DNA of 64,000 bases from Octopus bimaculoides (taxonomy: Eukaryota): assembly GCF_001194135.2 (NCBI RefSeq), contig NC_068981.1, positions 4,823,417 through 4,887,416 on the forward strand, in the 5' to 3' direction. Under the pieces are notes generated by a model. That model was not told where the DNA came from. It was given only the letters and a program-made list of their open reading frames with translations, and did no database searches. Each line of letters opens with the position of its first letter. Position 1 is the first letter of the stretch. Below are positions 25,848-36,750 of the stretch, piece after piece. The position numbers were made by a program, and so were the translations under genes.

Positions 25848-25950
25848 TGAGGAAAGTGTACTTGCTGCCAGCTTGCTGCCATTATTTTCTTGGATTGTCT
25901 TGTGAACCATGTTAATTTGCCACAACTTTCTTCTTCTATATTGATTTGGG
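25848..25950 (+). other. 5'-UTR part of the coding exon
   Basis: Strong acceptor: 20-nt polypyrimidine tract TTTTTTTTTCTCTTTTTTTGTTCCAG|TGAGG (AG at 25846-47). An in-frame TGA at 25942-44 shows that no coding sequence lies upstream. Confidence 0.75.
25909..25944 (+). other. 11-codon upstream ORF (MLICHNFLLLY*), in frame with the main CDS
   Basis: ACCATG context; the TGA ends 6 nt before the main ATG at 25951. Confidence 0.6.
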
Positions 25951-28900
25951 ATGGAAAGTTGCAACACTAGCCTGGATGTTGGAGAAATGAAAAATAATTG
26001 CAGCCAAGAAAGTGCCGACAGCATATCTGACCTAGAAACTTCTGTGAAGAACGGCGTTGGAAAGAATTTAGTTCCTGGGGAAAAATCTGATTTCTTGAGA
26101 AATAAGTCTAAGGGAGAACAACAGCAGAATGTCTCTTTAAACGAAGATAAAATTGATAACGAAGAAAGCAAAGAAAATCAGCTTAGTAAAATCAAAAGTC
26201 CAGTAGATAAGATTACTGTAGAAGACGAATCTGACGTAATAATTACTTCTAGTGAGAAGTTGGAGAAAGCAGAAAAGAAATCTGATAGTCCTTCTAAAGG
26301 GGAAACTGACCCTCTAAAAGTTGTCATTAAATTAACTGACAGTAACAAGAAGAACACCAACAACGACGACGACGACGACGAAGTGGAAGTTTTAAATACT
26401 GCAGCGAAGATCAACTCGGCAAACAACGGCCTTGAATCGGTTGCAAAAGAGAATCAAAGAAAAGTTAATGATCTAAATCCTTGTGAAAGATCTCGTCTTC
26501 ATTTGCAGTCTTCAAATTGTCAATCAAATTCTCTTCTCACTTCAAACAGCAATAACCAGCTGCGATCTGGGCCTTTCAGTGCTAACAACAATCATAATAA
26601 GGTTCAGCAGCCACCTGAGCTGCCGTCTTTCAACCTGGCTAACCAACAGAACAATTATGCTCCGCTATCTGGAGCTAAAATTCCCAAACCTCATATACCT
26701 TCGATGTCTCCACTAAACAGTTCTCAATCCAGTATGAATTCTTCAAAAGGAGGTACGTCTCCTTTCTGCTCGTCACCTAATTTTTCTAATTTCAACATCA
26801 ACGATAACGATGATTCTAAAGATACTTTGCCAAATTCCAGTGTTGAACAGATTGAGGCTATCAAGAGAGAAACGCTTCTACATTCTATGTCAACCAAGGC
26901 TCAACGCATCTTGAAAGCAAAAGCCAAGGCAGAGCTATTGATGAAAGCTGATGAAAAACTAGGTCCGCTAGCCAACTTCCTGAACAACTTGGGGCTTGAC
27001 ATTGTTAAACAATCTGTTTATCAAGAAGCCATCCATATTCAGTCTCGGAAGCAGCAGTCTGGCAAACTAACAGATGTTGAGTGTTCTCAACTGGACAAGA
27101 TGCGGACATCCTGCAGGGAGCTTGCTGAAAAACTGAAACATCTTAAGCTCAGCTACAGGAAGTGCAAATTATGCAATTTTGTTAGTGAGTCGGTCAATGT
27201 CCATTTTTGGCATCGTGAACATCCACATGTTAACAAACGAGAAGACTTTTGTTGTTCCTATTGTGATTTCCTGACCAGAAACAACCTGGCTTTCAACTTT
27301 CATATGGAGGCTGAGCACAACATCAAAGGACGAAGTATGGAAAAGCCAGCGTTTTGGCAATGTAGTCTCTGCCCATTTGAACACAACTCTAAGAGTAAAC
27401 TAACGCAGCACAGGTGGAAGTGTGAAAAGAACTTTGAAATGAAAACTCACTTGTCGCCGTCCCCTGAAACTGATATCAATTATAGCTTGTACGGGGTATT
27501 CTACCTCTCCGAGAAAGAAGAGGCCCTGAAGGCTATTGCTTTGCATAAAGCTAAACAAAATCAGATCAAAGCGCAGCAGGCTCAGTTTAAGTTGCAACAG
27601 CAACAAGCAGCTGCGAATCGAGCAAGCTACTTCAATGCTAATAAAATTTCTCCTATTCAGTCGAAACCAATGAATCAAGGAAATATGAATGTAAACCAAA
27701 GAATTCCTGTTTTAGTGCATCCCAAAATAGGTCAACCGCAAGTGCCAGGGAACCAGATGAGAAATTTCAATGCAAGAGGGAACATGCAACCGAATCGATT
27801 CCAGCAACAGTCTCCAATTCGGCCCCTGGTTAACCATCTTGGAATGAAACACTTCTCTCCTGGCATGCCCCAAAATAATATCCGTGGAACATCTTTACTC
27901 AACCCAAACAAGGGACATCAGAACCTAAGCCTGATGCGGACACAACTTCCTGTGAAAGATTTACTCAACATGCATCAACAGGTCAAAGGCCATAATGTAG
28001 TTACTGCCAAGTCTTTAGCCAACCAGAAATTAATACCTTCCAACAATCAGCCCATTAATGATGTTAGTGAGTTTGAAATCTGTGAGCTGTGTGGCGGCTA
28101 TGTTAAAGATCGGGAAGCTCTGCGTATTCACTTCTTCTACGCTCATAGAGTTGAGATGCCTGCACTTATGTTCGAGAAACCATGCCCTCCTCTTTTCTGT
28201 GATGTTTGTGAAAAGAAATTCTGGACTAGCCAAGGCCTCCAGAAACACAGGGTTTCCTTGAAACATTATGCCAAGGGTTCTCTCTCTCAAGTATGCATCC
28301 TTTGTGGTTGTCTTGTTTCTCATCTGCTTAATCATATGACTGACACCCATCAGCTCAACTTACAGGACTTCCTGAACCAAAAGCGATGCATTGTTTGTGG
28401 GAAGGTGTGCCAGAGCCGATCTGAAACCGAGATCCACATGGCTGCCAGTCACGGTATTTTAGTGAAGCGTAGTAACTCGAATTCAATGGATGCCAAGGTG
28501 AAACTTGACGAGAAAGGAGGTGGTAATTCCATGGCTATGGCAACCAAAACCGGAACTGCCACCCCTGGCTCGTCGGCCTCTCAGTTGGTAAAAGGCAACT
28601 ACTGTGTGTTTTGCAAGGTACCGTTTGCGAGCAATGCTGAATTGACACAACATTGTCTACTCGTACATAAGGCTTGCAAAAAATGCGGCATGGTTTTGCC
28701 AGCAGAGGGTTCTCTTGGTAACCACAGATGTCAGATAAGCATTCCAACGGTGAAAGCTTGCAGTGTGTGTAAGAAGCAGATACTCATTCAAGAGTTTATA
28801 AAGCACGTTGAAGAGAGGCATTTGAAAAAATGTTCTATCAAACTCAAGCGGCTCAACTCAGAAGAGATCAACGCAGAAATGAAAGAGAAAAAATTACACC

Positions 28901-29502
28901 TGGATATATCTGGTGGTGCTTCTCCTTGTTCAATATCTGGCAACATTGATTCCGGGCAAAACAGCGTTTCTGGGGATGTAGGTAGCAATAGTTCAGCTCG
29001 ATCACATAAACGAAAACCAGAAGAATCCGATAGAGCAGCGAAACGCAGTAAAATTTCTCTAGATAATGATAGTAATTTTGAGGCTAAATCCGAATCTATA
29101 TCTATAAGTGATAGTGATGATGATGTGGAAGTTATTAATGCTGGCAGTAGCTCTGCTGATAAGACTAAATTAGATTACCCCAAAAATGGTTCTGTTGATA
29201 AAAAGAAAGAAAGTAGTAAGACTGGCAGTGTTTCCGAATCTGCAGCACCTGAGAAGATGGATGTCGATGCGTCTCAAGAAAGTGAAGAGGAGAGCGACTG
29301 GAGTCAGAAAGGAACAGCTGCTGACAAGGACAAACAGGATGAGCAGGAAAACGCAACCGCTAATAATAATAATAACAATAACAATAATGGTTCTACTTCT
29401 GCAAAACTGGAGTCTTCCAAAGAATCTGATGAAAGCTATGATAGTAAGAAAAGTCCTGTGAAATCAGGGAGTGACAAAAACATTACAGACAGCACCGAAT
29501 GA
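25951..29502 (+). CDS. MEP-1: MEP-1-like (MOG-interacting and ectopic P-granules protein 1) C2H2 zinc-finger protein, 1183 aa, single coding exon
   Basis: 3552-bp uninterrupted ORF with GGGATGG start. It has three fingers at aa 405-491, a Q/N/P-rich linker and seven fingers at aa 711-957. Motifs FLNNLGLDIV, FHMEAEHNIKG...QCSLCPFE..SKSKL..H..KC and ICELCGGYVKDREALRIH match my recollection of Drosophila MEP-1. A bipartite NLS lies at aa 1020-1034. The CDS is near certain; the orthology call (~0.75) needs BLAST. Confidence 0.92.
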   Translation: MESCNTSLDVGEMKNNCSQESADSISDLETSVKNGVGKNLVPGEKSDFLRNKSKGEQQQNVSLNEDKIDNEESKENQLSKIKSPVDKITVEDESDVIITSSEKLEKAEKKSDSPSKGETDPLKVVIKLTDSNKKNTNNDDDDDEVEVLNTAAKINSANNGLESVAKENQRKVNDLNPCERSRLHLQSSNCQSNSLLTSNSNNQLRSGPFSANNNHNKVQQPPELPSFNLANQQNNYAPLSGAKIPKPHIPSMSPLNSSQSSMNSSKGGTSPFCSSPNFSNFNINDNDDSKDTLPNSSVEQIEAIKRETLLHSMSTKAQRILKAKAKAELLMKADEKLGPLANFLNNLGLDIVKQSVYQEAIHIQSRKQQSGKLTDVECSQLDKMRTSCRELAEKLKHLKLSYRKCKLCNFVSESVNVHFWHREHPHVNKREDFCCSYCDFLTRNNLAFNFHMEAEHNIKGRSMEKPAFWQCSLCPFEHNSKSKLTQHRWKCEKNFEMKTHLSPSPETDINYSLYGVFYLSEKEEALKAIALHKAKQNQIKAQQAQFKLQQQQAAANRASYFNANKISPIQSKPMNQGNMNVNQRIPVLVHPKIGQPQVPGNQMRNFNARGNMQPNRFQQQSPIRPLVNHLGMKHFSPGMPQNNIRGTSLLNPNKGHQNLSLMRTQLPVKDLLNMHQQVKGHNVVTAKSLANQKLIPSNNQPINDVSEFEICELCGGYVKDREALRIHFFYAHRVEMPALMFEKPCPPLFCDVCEKKFWTSQGLQKHRVSLKHYAKGSLSQVCILCGCLVSHLLNHMTDTHQLNLQDFLNQKRCIVCGKVCQSRSETEIHMAASHGILVKRSNSNSMDAKVKLDEKGGGNSMAMATKTGTATPGSSASQLVKGNYCVFCKVPFASNAELTQHCLLVHKACKKCGMVLPAEGSLGNHRCQISIPTVKACSVCKKQILIQEFIKHVEERHLKKCSIKLKRLNSEEINAEMKEKKLHLDISGGASPCSISGNIDSGQNSVSGDVGSNSSARSHKRKPEESDRAAKRSKISLDNDSNFEAKSESISISDSDDDVEVINAGSSSADKTKLDYPKNGSVDKKKESSKTGSVSESAAPEKMDVDASQESEEESDWSQKGTAADKDKQDEQENATANNNNNNNNNGSTSAKLESSKESDESYDSKKSPVKSGSDKNITDSTE

Positions 29503-30818
29503 ATGGAGTGATTTGGTAAAAATGACTTAAACATATATAATATATATAAACAGCCTGAACATTATTCAGAAATATTACCTCTACTCCTGGAGTCTTCATG
29601 TCTGTTGAGAATAATCTCTATTGCCTTGAAACTATGCTATATCTTAGGAACCAAAATAGCAGTCATCGGCAAGGGAATTGTCACTCATGCTGTGTATGTA
29701 ATGAAACTGTTAACACTGACCTGTTGCCCAGTCTGGAGTTAAACTCTTCCCCCAAAGATGTGGGCTTAGGGTCTCTGTTTTATGTAGAACTAAAAACTAC
29801 TCAAATGGCTTTTGACTTTAATTTTTTTTTTTTTTTCCTTCCCTTCTCCCCAAATCTATGAATGCCATTGAAATATGTATGTATTAGAATCTTTGGCTGT
29901 TATCAAATTAATTAATCACTTGTATTAATAATGATTAATTTTTTTGTCCATAATTGCTCTTGGAAAAATTGAAAATTTCTATTAACTTTCTTATTGAAAA
30001 AAACCCCCCCAAANNNNNNNNNNNNNNNNNNNNNNNNNNNNNNNNNNNNNNNNNNNNNNNNNNNNNNNNNNNNNNNNNNNNNNNNNNNNNNNNNNNNNNN
30101 NNNNNNNNNNNNNNNNNNNNNNNNNNNNNNNNNNNNNNNNNNNNNNNNNNNNNNNNNNNNNNNNNNNNNNNNNNNNNNNNNNNNNNNNNNNNNNNNNNNN
30201 NNNNNNNNNNNNNNNNNNNNNNNNNNNNNNNNNNNNNNNNNNNNNNNNNNNNNNNNNNNNNNNNNNNNNNNNNNNNNNNNNNNNNNNNNNNNNNNNNNNN
30301 NNNNNNNNNNNNNNNNNNNNNNNNNNNNNNNNNNNNNNNNNNNNNNNNNNNNNNNNNNNNNNNNNNNNNNNNNNNNNNNNNNNNNNNNNNNNNNNNNNNN
30401 NNNNNNNNNNNNNNNNNNNNNNNNNNNNNNNNNNNNNNNNNNNNNNNNNNNNNNNNNNNNNNNNNNNNNNNNNNNNNNNNNNNNNNNNNNNNNNNNNNNN
30501 NNNNNNNNNNNNNNNNNNNNNNNNNNNNNNNNNNNNNNNNNNNNNNNNNNNNNNNNNNNNNNNNNNNNNNNNNNNNNNNNNNNNNNNNNNNNNNNNNNNN
30601 NNNNNNNNNNNNNNNNNNNNNNNNNNNNNNNNNNNNNNNNNNNNNNNNNNNNNNNNNNNNNNNNNNNNNNNNNNNNNNNNNNNNNNNNNNNNNNNNNNNN
30701 NNNNNNNNNNNNNNNNNNNAAAGAAAAAATACAATTAAAAATTATTATTTTTTTTTTTAATATTAATATTTAGATAAAATATCACAACTGGTTTGTTTGA
30801 CATCCGAGGCTCTCTTGA

Positions 30819-30881
30819 AATAAATTTGTGATTTTAAACATTTAGATTAATTACATAGCTCTCTCTCTCTTCTGAAATAAA
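30819..30881 (+). terminator. Possible polyadenylation signals of the MEP-1-like gene
   Basis: AATAAA at 30819 and 30876 are the first seen after the stop codon, but a 706-nt gap (30014-30719) hides part of the 3' UTR. Confidence 0.25.
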
Positions 30882-31167
30882 GTTAATCAACCACTTGAAA
30901 TTCTTGGAATTTAATGGACTTAATTCTCTGTCCACACACACACACACACACACACCTGTAAACACCTTTTTAACTTAGTTTGTTTAATTATTATTATTAT
31001 TATTATATAAGCAACCACAGACAGCATTTAGATGCTGGCTTGCCTCTGGATCTTAGACTTTCTTAAAGAATTAGTCATTACTCCATCTGAAAAGAACTTC
31101 AACTGCTTTTTATTTACCCATAATTTTTTTATGTTGTCCTCTTCCTGAAAATTCCATTATTATTATT

Positions 31168-31395
31168 CAAGGCGGTGAGCTGGCAGAATCATTAGCACAC
31201 TGGGCAAAAATACTGGCATTTCACCCATTTTTTAATGTTCGGGTTCACATGCTGCCATGGTTGACTTTTGCCTTTCGTCCTTTCAGGGGTGAAAATAAGT
31301 ACTGATCGAGCTCTGGGGGCGATGTACTTGACTATTCCCCTCCCTGATAATTTCAGGCTTTGTGCCTGTGGCAGAAAGGATTATTATTATTATTA
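31168..31395 (+). mobile_element. SINE family B, full length
   Basis: Head AAGGCGGTGAGCTGGCAGAATCATTAGC, core TTGACTTTTGCCTTTCGTCCTTTCAGGGG, tail GGCTTTGTGCCT...GAAAGGA(TTA)n. Confidence 0.8.
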
Positions 31396-31979
31396 TGATC
31401 GAAGATGTAGGAAGAATTTTGACTGTTTTTAGTTCTCAGTGTCCATCCACAAACGCTGTTAAACCATTAATTTTATTTGCTTCATGTAAGGGAGATAATC
31501 TAATAGTAATTATATTGCTTTTGCTAGGGTCTCACCAATTATCTCGTCTAGTTCATCTTCTCGTCATTCCCCACCTCCTCTCTTATTCTTGGTCAGGGTG
31601 GTGTTGAGTAGTTGAGGCTGGACTTTATTATTTATAGATAAGTCGTTCTTTTGTCTGTGTTTTTGCTTCTAAAACTCATTGCACATTACCATCCTGTTAA
31701 TATTCATTTGCATGTTTGTCACCAATGAAGTGATGGCAAAGTCCTCGTTGTGGTTTTTGTCTTGGGCCCCCCCCATAAATAAATGTAACAGCACTTTATT
31801 CAGTATATAAATGAAAGCCATTTCTTTGCCATCTCTGATACATTCACAAGAAATCAGTCCACCACTGTGTTTGCTGAGGTATCGACGTGCTATTTCCTCT
31901 GACAATCCACTGCATATTAACAATTGAGATGTGTGGTGACCAATTACAGTTTGGTGTTACATTGTAATTATTTCTTTTA

Positions 31980-32170
31980 TCATCGTCATTTAATGTCCGT
32001 TTTCCATGCTGGCATGGGTTGGACAGTTTGACAAACTGGCAAGCGAGAGAGCTGCATCAGGTTCCAATTGTCTGTTTTGGTATGGTTTCTACAGCTGGAT
32101 GCCATTCTTAATGCCAACCTCTTCACGGAGTGTACTGGGTGCTTTTTACGTGTTGCTGGCATGCACCCCG
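31980..32170 (-). mobile_element. RTE-LINE 3' tail fragment (family C)
   Basis: CATTTAATGTCCGTTTTCCATGCTGGCATGGGTTGGAC...CTACAGCTGGATGCC is the reverse of the RTE end at 45400-45600. Similar pieces lie near 25310, 33250, 34380, 37320, 37880 and 38480. Confidence 0.75.
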
Positions 32171-33867
32171 TGAGCTTGCAAAATACTAACCTCTCAGCTG
32201 AGAGAGGGAGTGAAACCAAGAGATTTCTCTTTAAACAATTTTTTAAATCTTATTTATCATCTCGTCAAATTTCTGTTTAACATTAGACTGTTTCATTGCT
32301 ATTGCATAACCTGGACAATTAGGATTTGATCCTTTTCACACCAGCTCATCTCATTTTGCCTTTCATTCTACAATACAATTTTCCTGTTTTAAAGTAGTCC
32401 AAATTAACCCTTCCATCAAAATTTCATGTTAATTTTTGTTCCAAGCACCAGCTGAATAACAAGTTATTTTAGTGAATTCTTTATTTTCAAAATTTCTTGC
32501 AACAACGCTGTAATATTTCAACAGAACTGTGGTATCTTCAATGCCATGTCTCCTACTGTCCTAACCACGGTAATGGGTGGTCTTTTATAGAATTCTGGAT
32601 GCTTACAAGACATATCAATAACATAGTAGTATCATCTCTTATTACTACAGTCCATGGCTTTATTCTCTTGGCCTAATTTTGTTGCCAAAATTCTTTATTT
32701 TCTGTCTGTGTAGAAGTAAACAGTTGTGTGAACCATTTCTGATATCTATTTGTGTATGTTGTGGAATTGAACATTTATAGACTTTCTTTGTCAGAACCAA
32801 GAACTACCCTCAATGAAATCCTATTGAATGGGGAAACATCTTTTCACCCTCTTCTCACCAAGTTGAAGTTCTTGTATAATAATATTTTAAACCATTTTTT
32901 TTTAAAGATATTTTACTGTTATGATTTAATAAAAACATGCAAACTAGTTTAGTATGGTTTTTCTCTGTTAGAATTTAATTTTTGATTCCTTTTATACCCA
33001 TTGGCTGACACATATTTTAGTGTTTTAGAAGTAAGGGCTAGTCTTAGACATACTTAAGGAGCTGGCTTCACAAAATGGCATGTCCCTTTTCCTGTAATTG
33101 CTGTTTTCATATGAAAATAACACTATGAATGCTATTCAAACCACCATGCCCTAATAATAAATTGGTTTATTTCAGCAAAAGTCTCAGAATGCACTGAATT
33201 AAAATATTATCACTTGTATCCTGGTATCTTGTGCATCTTACCTTCCTTGGTTCATCGTTGTCGTCCGTTTTCCATGCTGGCATGGGTTGGACAGTTTGAC
33301 TGGGGACTGGCGAGCCAGGAGGCTGAACCAGGCTCCAATCTGTTCTACAGCTGGATGCCCTTCCTTTTGCCAACCACTCCAAGAATGTAGTGGGTGCTTT
33401 TTACGTACCATTCGGATCACTGTCAAATGTAAATGCTTTTATTTTCATTGTTTTGAATTGACTAGCTTGGCCAGTTTGAACATAAAGCATGTAGAATATT
33501 TGGGCTTAATTATAGCCTGTTAAATGCTAACGAGTTATTAATGAAATCGTAATCATTGTTTTGACCTCCACTTTTTAATGCTCTCATGGATCAGGCAAAT
33601 TTTTTTACATCCTCTTCCTGTTGCCAACCCTCAACTTTTCCCAAGCAAAGTAACACCCCCCCCCCATGGCCAGACATGTTTTTGCAGAAAATCAGAAATG
33701 AATGACAATGACTCATTTACAACTGTCCTACAATGTCAAGACAATCAAGCACAAACACAACACTCGTAAATATATTTTGCTCCTAACGGTCATTTTAGCT
33801 GCTTATGTATAAACATGCAAGTTTTTCTCCACCTGGATTTTCGTTATTATGCTCTTAATTAAGGTGG

Positions 33868-34080
33868 CAACATGGCAGAATCATTAGCACTAGACGAAAT
33901 GCTTAGCGGTATTTCACCTGTCGCTATGTTCTGAGTTCAAATTCCACCACAGTCAACTTTGCTTTTCATCCTTTCGGGGTCAATGAAATAAGTACCAGTT
34001 ATGCACTGGGGTTGATAAAATCAACTTGCTCCTCCCCCCCAAATTTCAGGCCTTGTGTCTAAAGTAGAAAGGATTATTAT
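33868..34080 (+). mobile_element. SINE family B
   Basis: Head, core CAACTTTGCTTTTCATCCTTTCGGGGTC and tail are all recognisable. Confidence 0.8.
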
Positions 34081-34569
34081 GCTCTTAATTACTGTAGATA
34101 TATATTCTTTCATGTTTTATACGTATCTCTTTATATATTTAGCTGACAGGCTTCTTCCAGTTTTCATCTCCCAAATCCACTCACAGGGCTTACAGTAGAA
34201 GACATTTGTCCAAGGTGCTGCACAGTGGGATTGAACTGGAGACCATGTGGTTCAGAAGCAAACTTCTCAACCATACAGTTATGCCTGTACCTGAGAAACT
34301 GATGGTCGTGGACCTTAATTTTTAATATCATGAGAGTGATTTTGGTAAATTGAAATTGAAAAAAGCCCTTCATATATCATCATCATCAGCAACTTTCTAT
34401 GCTGGCATGGATTGGACAGTTTGACAGGATCCAATTGCCTGTTTTGGCATGGTTTCTGGGTGACCTTCCTAATGCCAACCACATTACAGAGTGTGCTGGG
34501 AGCTTATATATACATGCATGTTACTGTCACCTTGTCTTGTCATTGCATAATAATTGTAAACAAGACGTC

Positions 34570-34785
34570 AAGCCGGCAGAATCGTTAGCACGCCAGGCGA
34601 AATGCTTAGCAGTATTTCGTCTGCTGCTATATAGTTCTGAGTTCAAATTCTGCCGAGGTCGACTTTGCTTTTCATCTTTTCGGGATCAATAAATTAAGTA
34701 CCAGTTACATACTAGGGATCAATCTGATCGACTGGTTTCCCTCCTCCCTCGAAATTTCATGCCTTGTGCTTATAATAGAGGGGTA
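34570..34785 (+). mobile_element. SINE family B (younger copy)
   Basis: GGCAGAATCGTTAGCACGCCAGGCGAAATGCTTAGC...AAATTCTGCCGAGGTCGACTTTGC; most CpGs are intact. Confidence 0.85.
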
Positions 34786-35599
34786 TAGTTGTAAACAAGT
34801 GCACCATGCAAATATGTTTGGAAATATTACTTTTCTTAGAAACCTGTGAGGGTTGGCAACAAGAATAACATCCAACTGTAGAAGTTCTGCCTCTAAGAAT
34901 TGTTTGATCCATGGAAAAGCGAGCATTAAAAATGATATCAAAATCTCTGAAGTTGTTCATGTTTAGTGCAGTGAATTGTTTAATAAGATGGCCTCTATTG
35001 CACGAACTTATTCTGCGCAAGTCCTTCACAAATTACTTTGTCCAGTTGTATGGCTACACTGGTAGAACATCTCTCACCAAATAAACCAAAATGATTTCAA
35101 AGTCTGATGACTAAGGATACATCTTTTTACACAAACTTAAGCAAAGGTCCCACAATGAACTCAGATTTGTGCTACCTGGTGTTGATACTGGAGAAGAATG
35201 CTGATAATCTATGGGTGACAACTACTGCGATTCTGGCAATGAAGAATCTGTTGTTTATTCCTCTGAAATGCCTTCGTCCAAATCAGCAAAGATATCAAGA
35301 GACACTTGACATGATTCTAGCTGCTTTGATTTTTAGTACAGATATTTTGGGGAGCCACTGAGCTGACCAAAGAGAACATTTTTGTCTTCAGTCCCTACAC
35401 AAATCAACTTCCGATGATCTTAGTGTGTTTCCGAGACGACGAGATCATCTCATAAAATATTCTCCTTATTCCAGAATGAGTCCAAAAGCAAATGAGATTG
35501 CTTAGTTTAAACACCAACTTAATAATGTCTGTTCTTTTGCTAATAATTTCTTCCTTATTTTCAAAGTTAATTGAAACAGAACACAGTGTATTTATCTTT

Positions 35600-35950
35600 T
35601 ACCTGTTACTGGTTTCAGTCATTAGACTGCAGCCATGCTGGGGCACCGCCTTGAAGAATTTTAGTTGAATGGATCACTTTTATGCCTGGTACTTATTCTA
35701 TCAGTCTCTTTTGAACTGATAAATTATGGGGATGTAAACATACCAACACCAGTTGTCAAGCAGGGAGGGGGGGGGGCAAAGACATATGTATGCATGACAG
35801 GCTTCTTTCAGTTTCTGTCTACCAAATTTACTCACAAGGCTTTGGTCGGTTCAAGGCTATAAGTTGAAGACGCCCAAAAGTGCCATGCAGTGGGACTGAA
35901 CCCAGAACCATGTGGTTGGAAAGCAAACTTCTTACAACCGGCCATGGCCT
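35600..35950 (-). mobile_element. SINE family A
   Basis: GTTTCAGTCATTAGACTGCAGCCATGCTGG...GACAGGCTTCTTTCAGTTTC...GTGGGACTGAACCCAGAACCATGTGG. Confidence 0.8.
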
Positions 35951-36209
35951 GCACCTAGAGAAATATAGTAACAAAAGTTACTGTTAATTGTGTTCCGGAT
36001 TTGGATGTACATCTTGAGAAACGGTCATTAGGAATTACTGCGATAATTGGTTTAGCTTCAGAATTCCATGGATTGATGTAAGAATGACTTTGACAAATCA
36101 ACAAAACTAAAGTGGAAACTGGAATCCATATTTGATCCACAAAGGGTTGTGGCTGAGAAGTAAATTTCTGAACTACCTCATTCACCTGCACCTATTGCAC
36201 ACACATATA

Positions 36210-36750
36210 CGAGGGTGAGTCAAAAAGTAATGCCATCTTGTTTATAATTACCAACACAGGAACATGTATCATACATTAAAATGAAGCTGGTCCTCTGTGG
36301 ATCACATCCCTACTTCTCAATAGAGTCACCGTTTCTCTCAATAGCAATGTTCCACCTTCCAATGAGAGCATGTATCCCTGCCCCGTAAAATTCTGTTGAC
36401 TGTTCTTTGAGCCACTTCTTCACTAGTTTTCACTTCCTCATCACTGGAATAATGTTTGCCTCTCAAACCCTCTTTCATGGGGCCGAAGAGATGATAGTCC
36501 ACTGACAAGGAAGTGAAAACTGTAGTGAAGAAGTGGCTCAAAGAACAGTCAACAGAATTTTACGGGGCAGAGATACATGCTCTCATTCAAAGGTGGAACA
36601 TTGCTACTGAGAGAAACGGTGACTATGTTGAGAAGTAGGGATGTGATCCACAGAGGACCAGCTTCATTTTAATGTATGATACATGTTCCTCTGTTGGTAA
36701 TTATAAACAAAGTCCTAAACAAAATGGCATTACTTTTTGACTCACCCTCG
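36210..36750. mobile_element. Mariner-derived fold-back element made of two right ends (541 bp)
   Basis: Ends TA|CGAGGGTGAGTCAAAAAGTAATGCCAT and ATGGCATTACTTTTTGACTCACCCTCG|TA. Both ~240-bp arms carry the transposase 3' end: DYHLFGPMKEGLRGKHYSSDEEVKT on the minus strand and KKWLKEQSTEFY...RWNIA..RNGDYVEK* on the plus strand. Confidence 0.92.

Noticed and set aside
25779-29461. Short antisense and alternate-frame ORFs overlapping the zinc-finger CDS
   Set aside because: Expected by-products of a long coding frame; no independent motifs.
32510-32880. Protein-like minus-strand stretch (YYVIDMSCKHPEFYKRPPITVVRTVGDMALKIP)
   Set aside because: Bounded by stops, with no usable splice sites and no family that I recognise.
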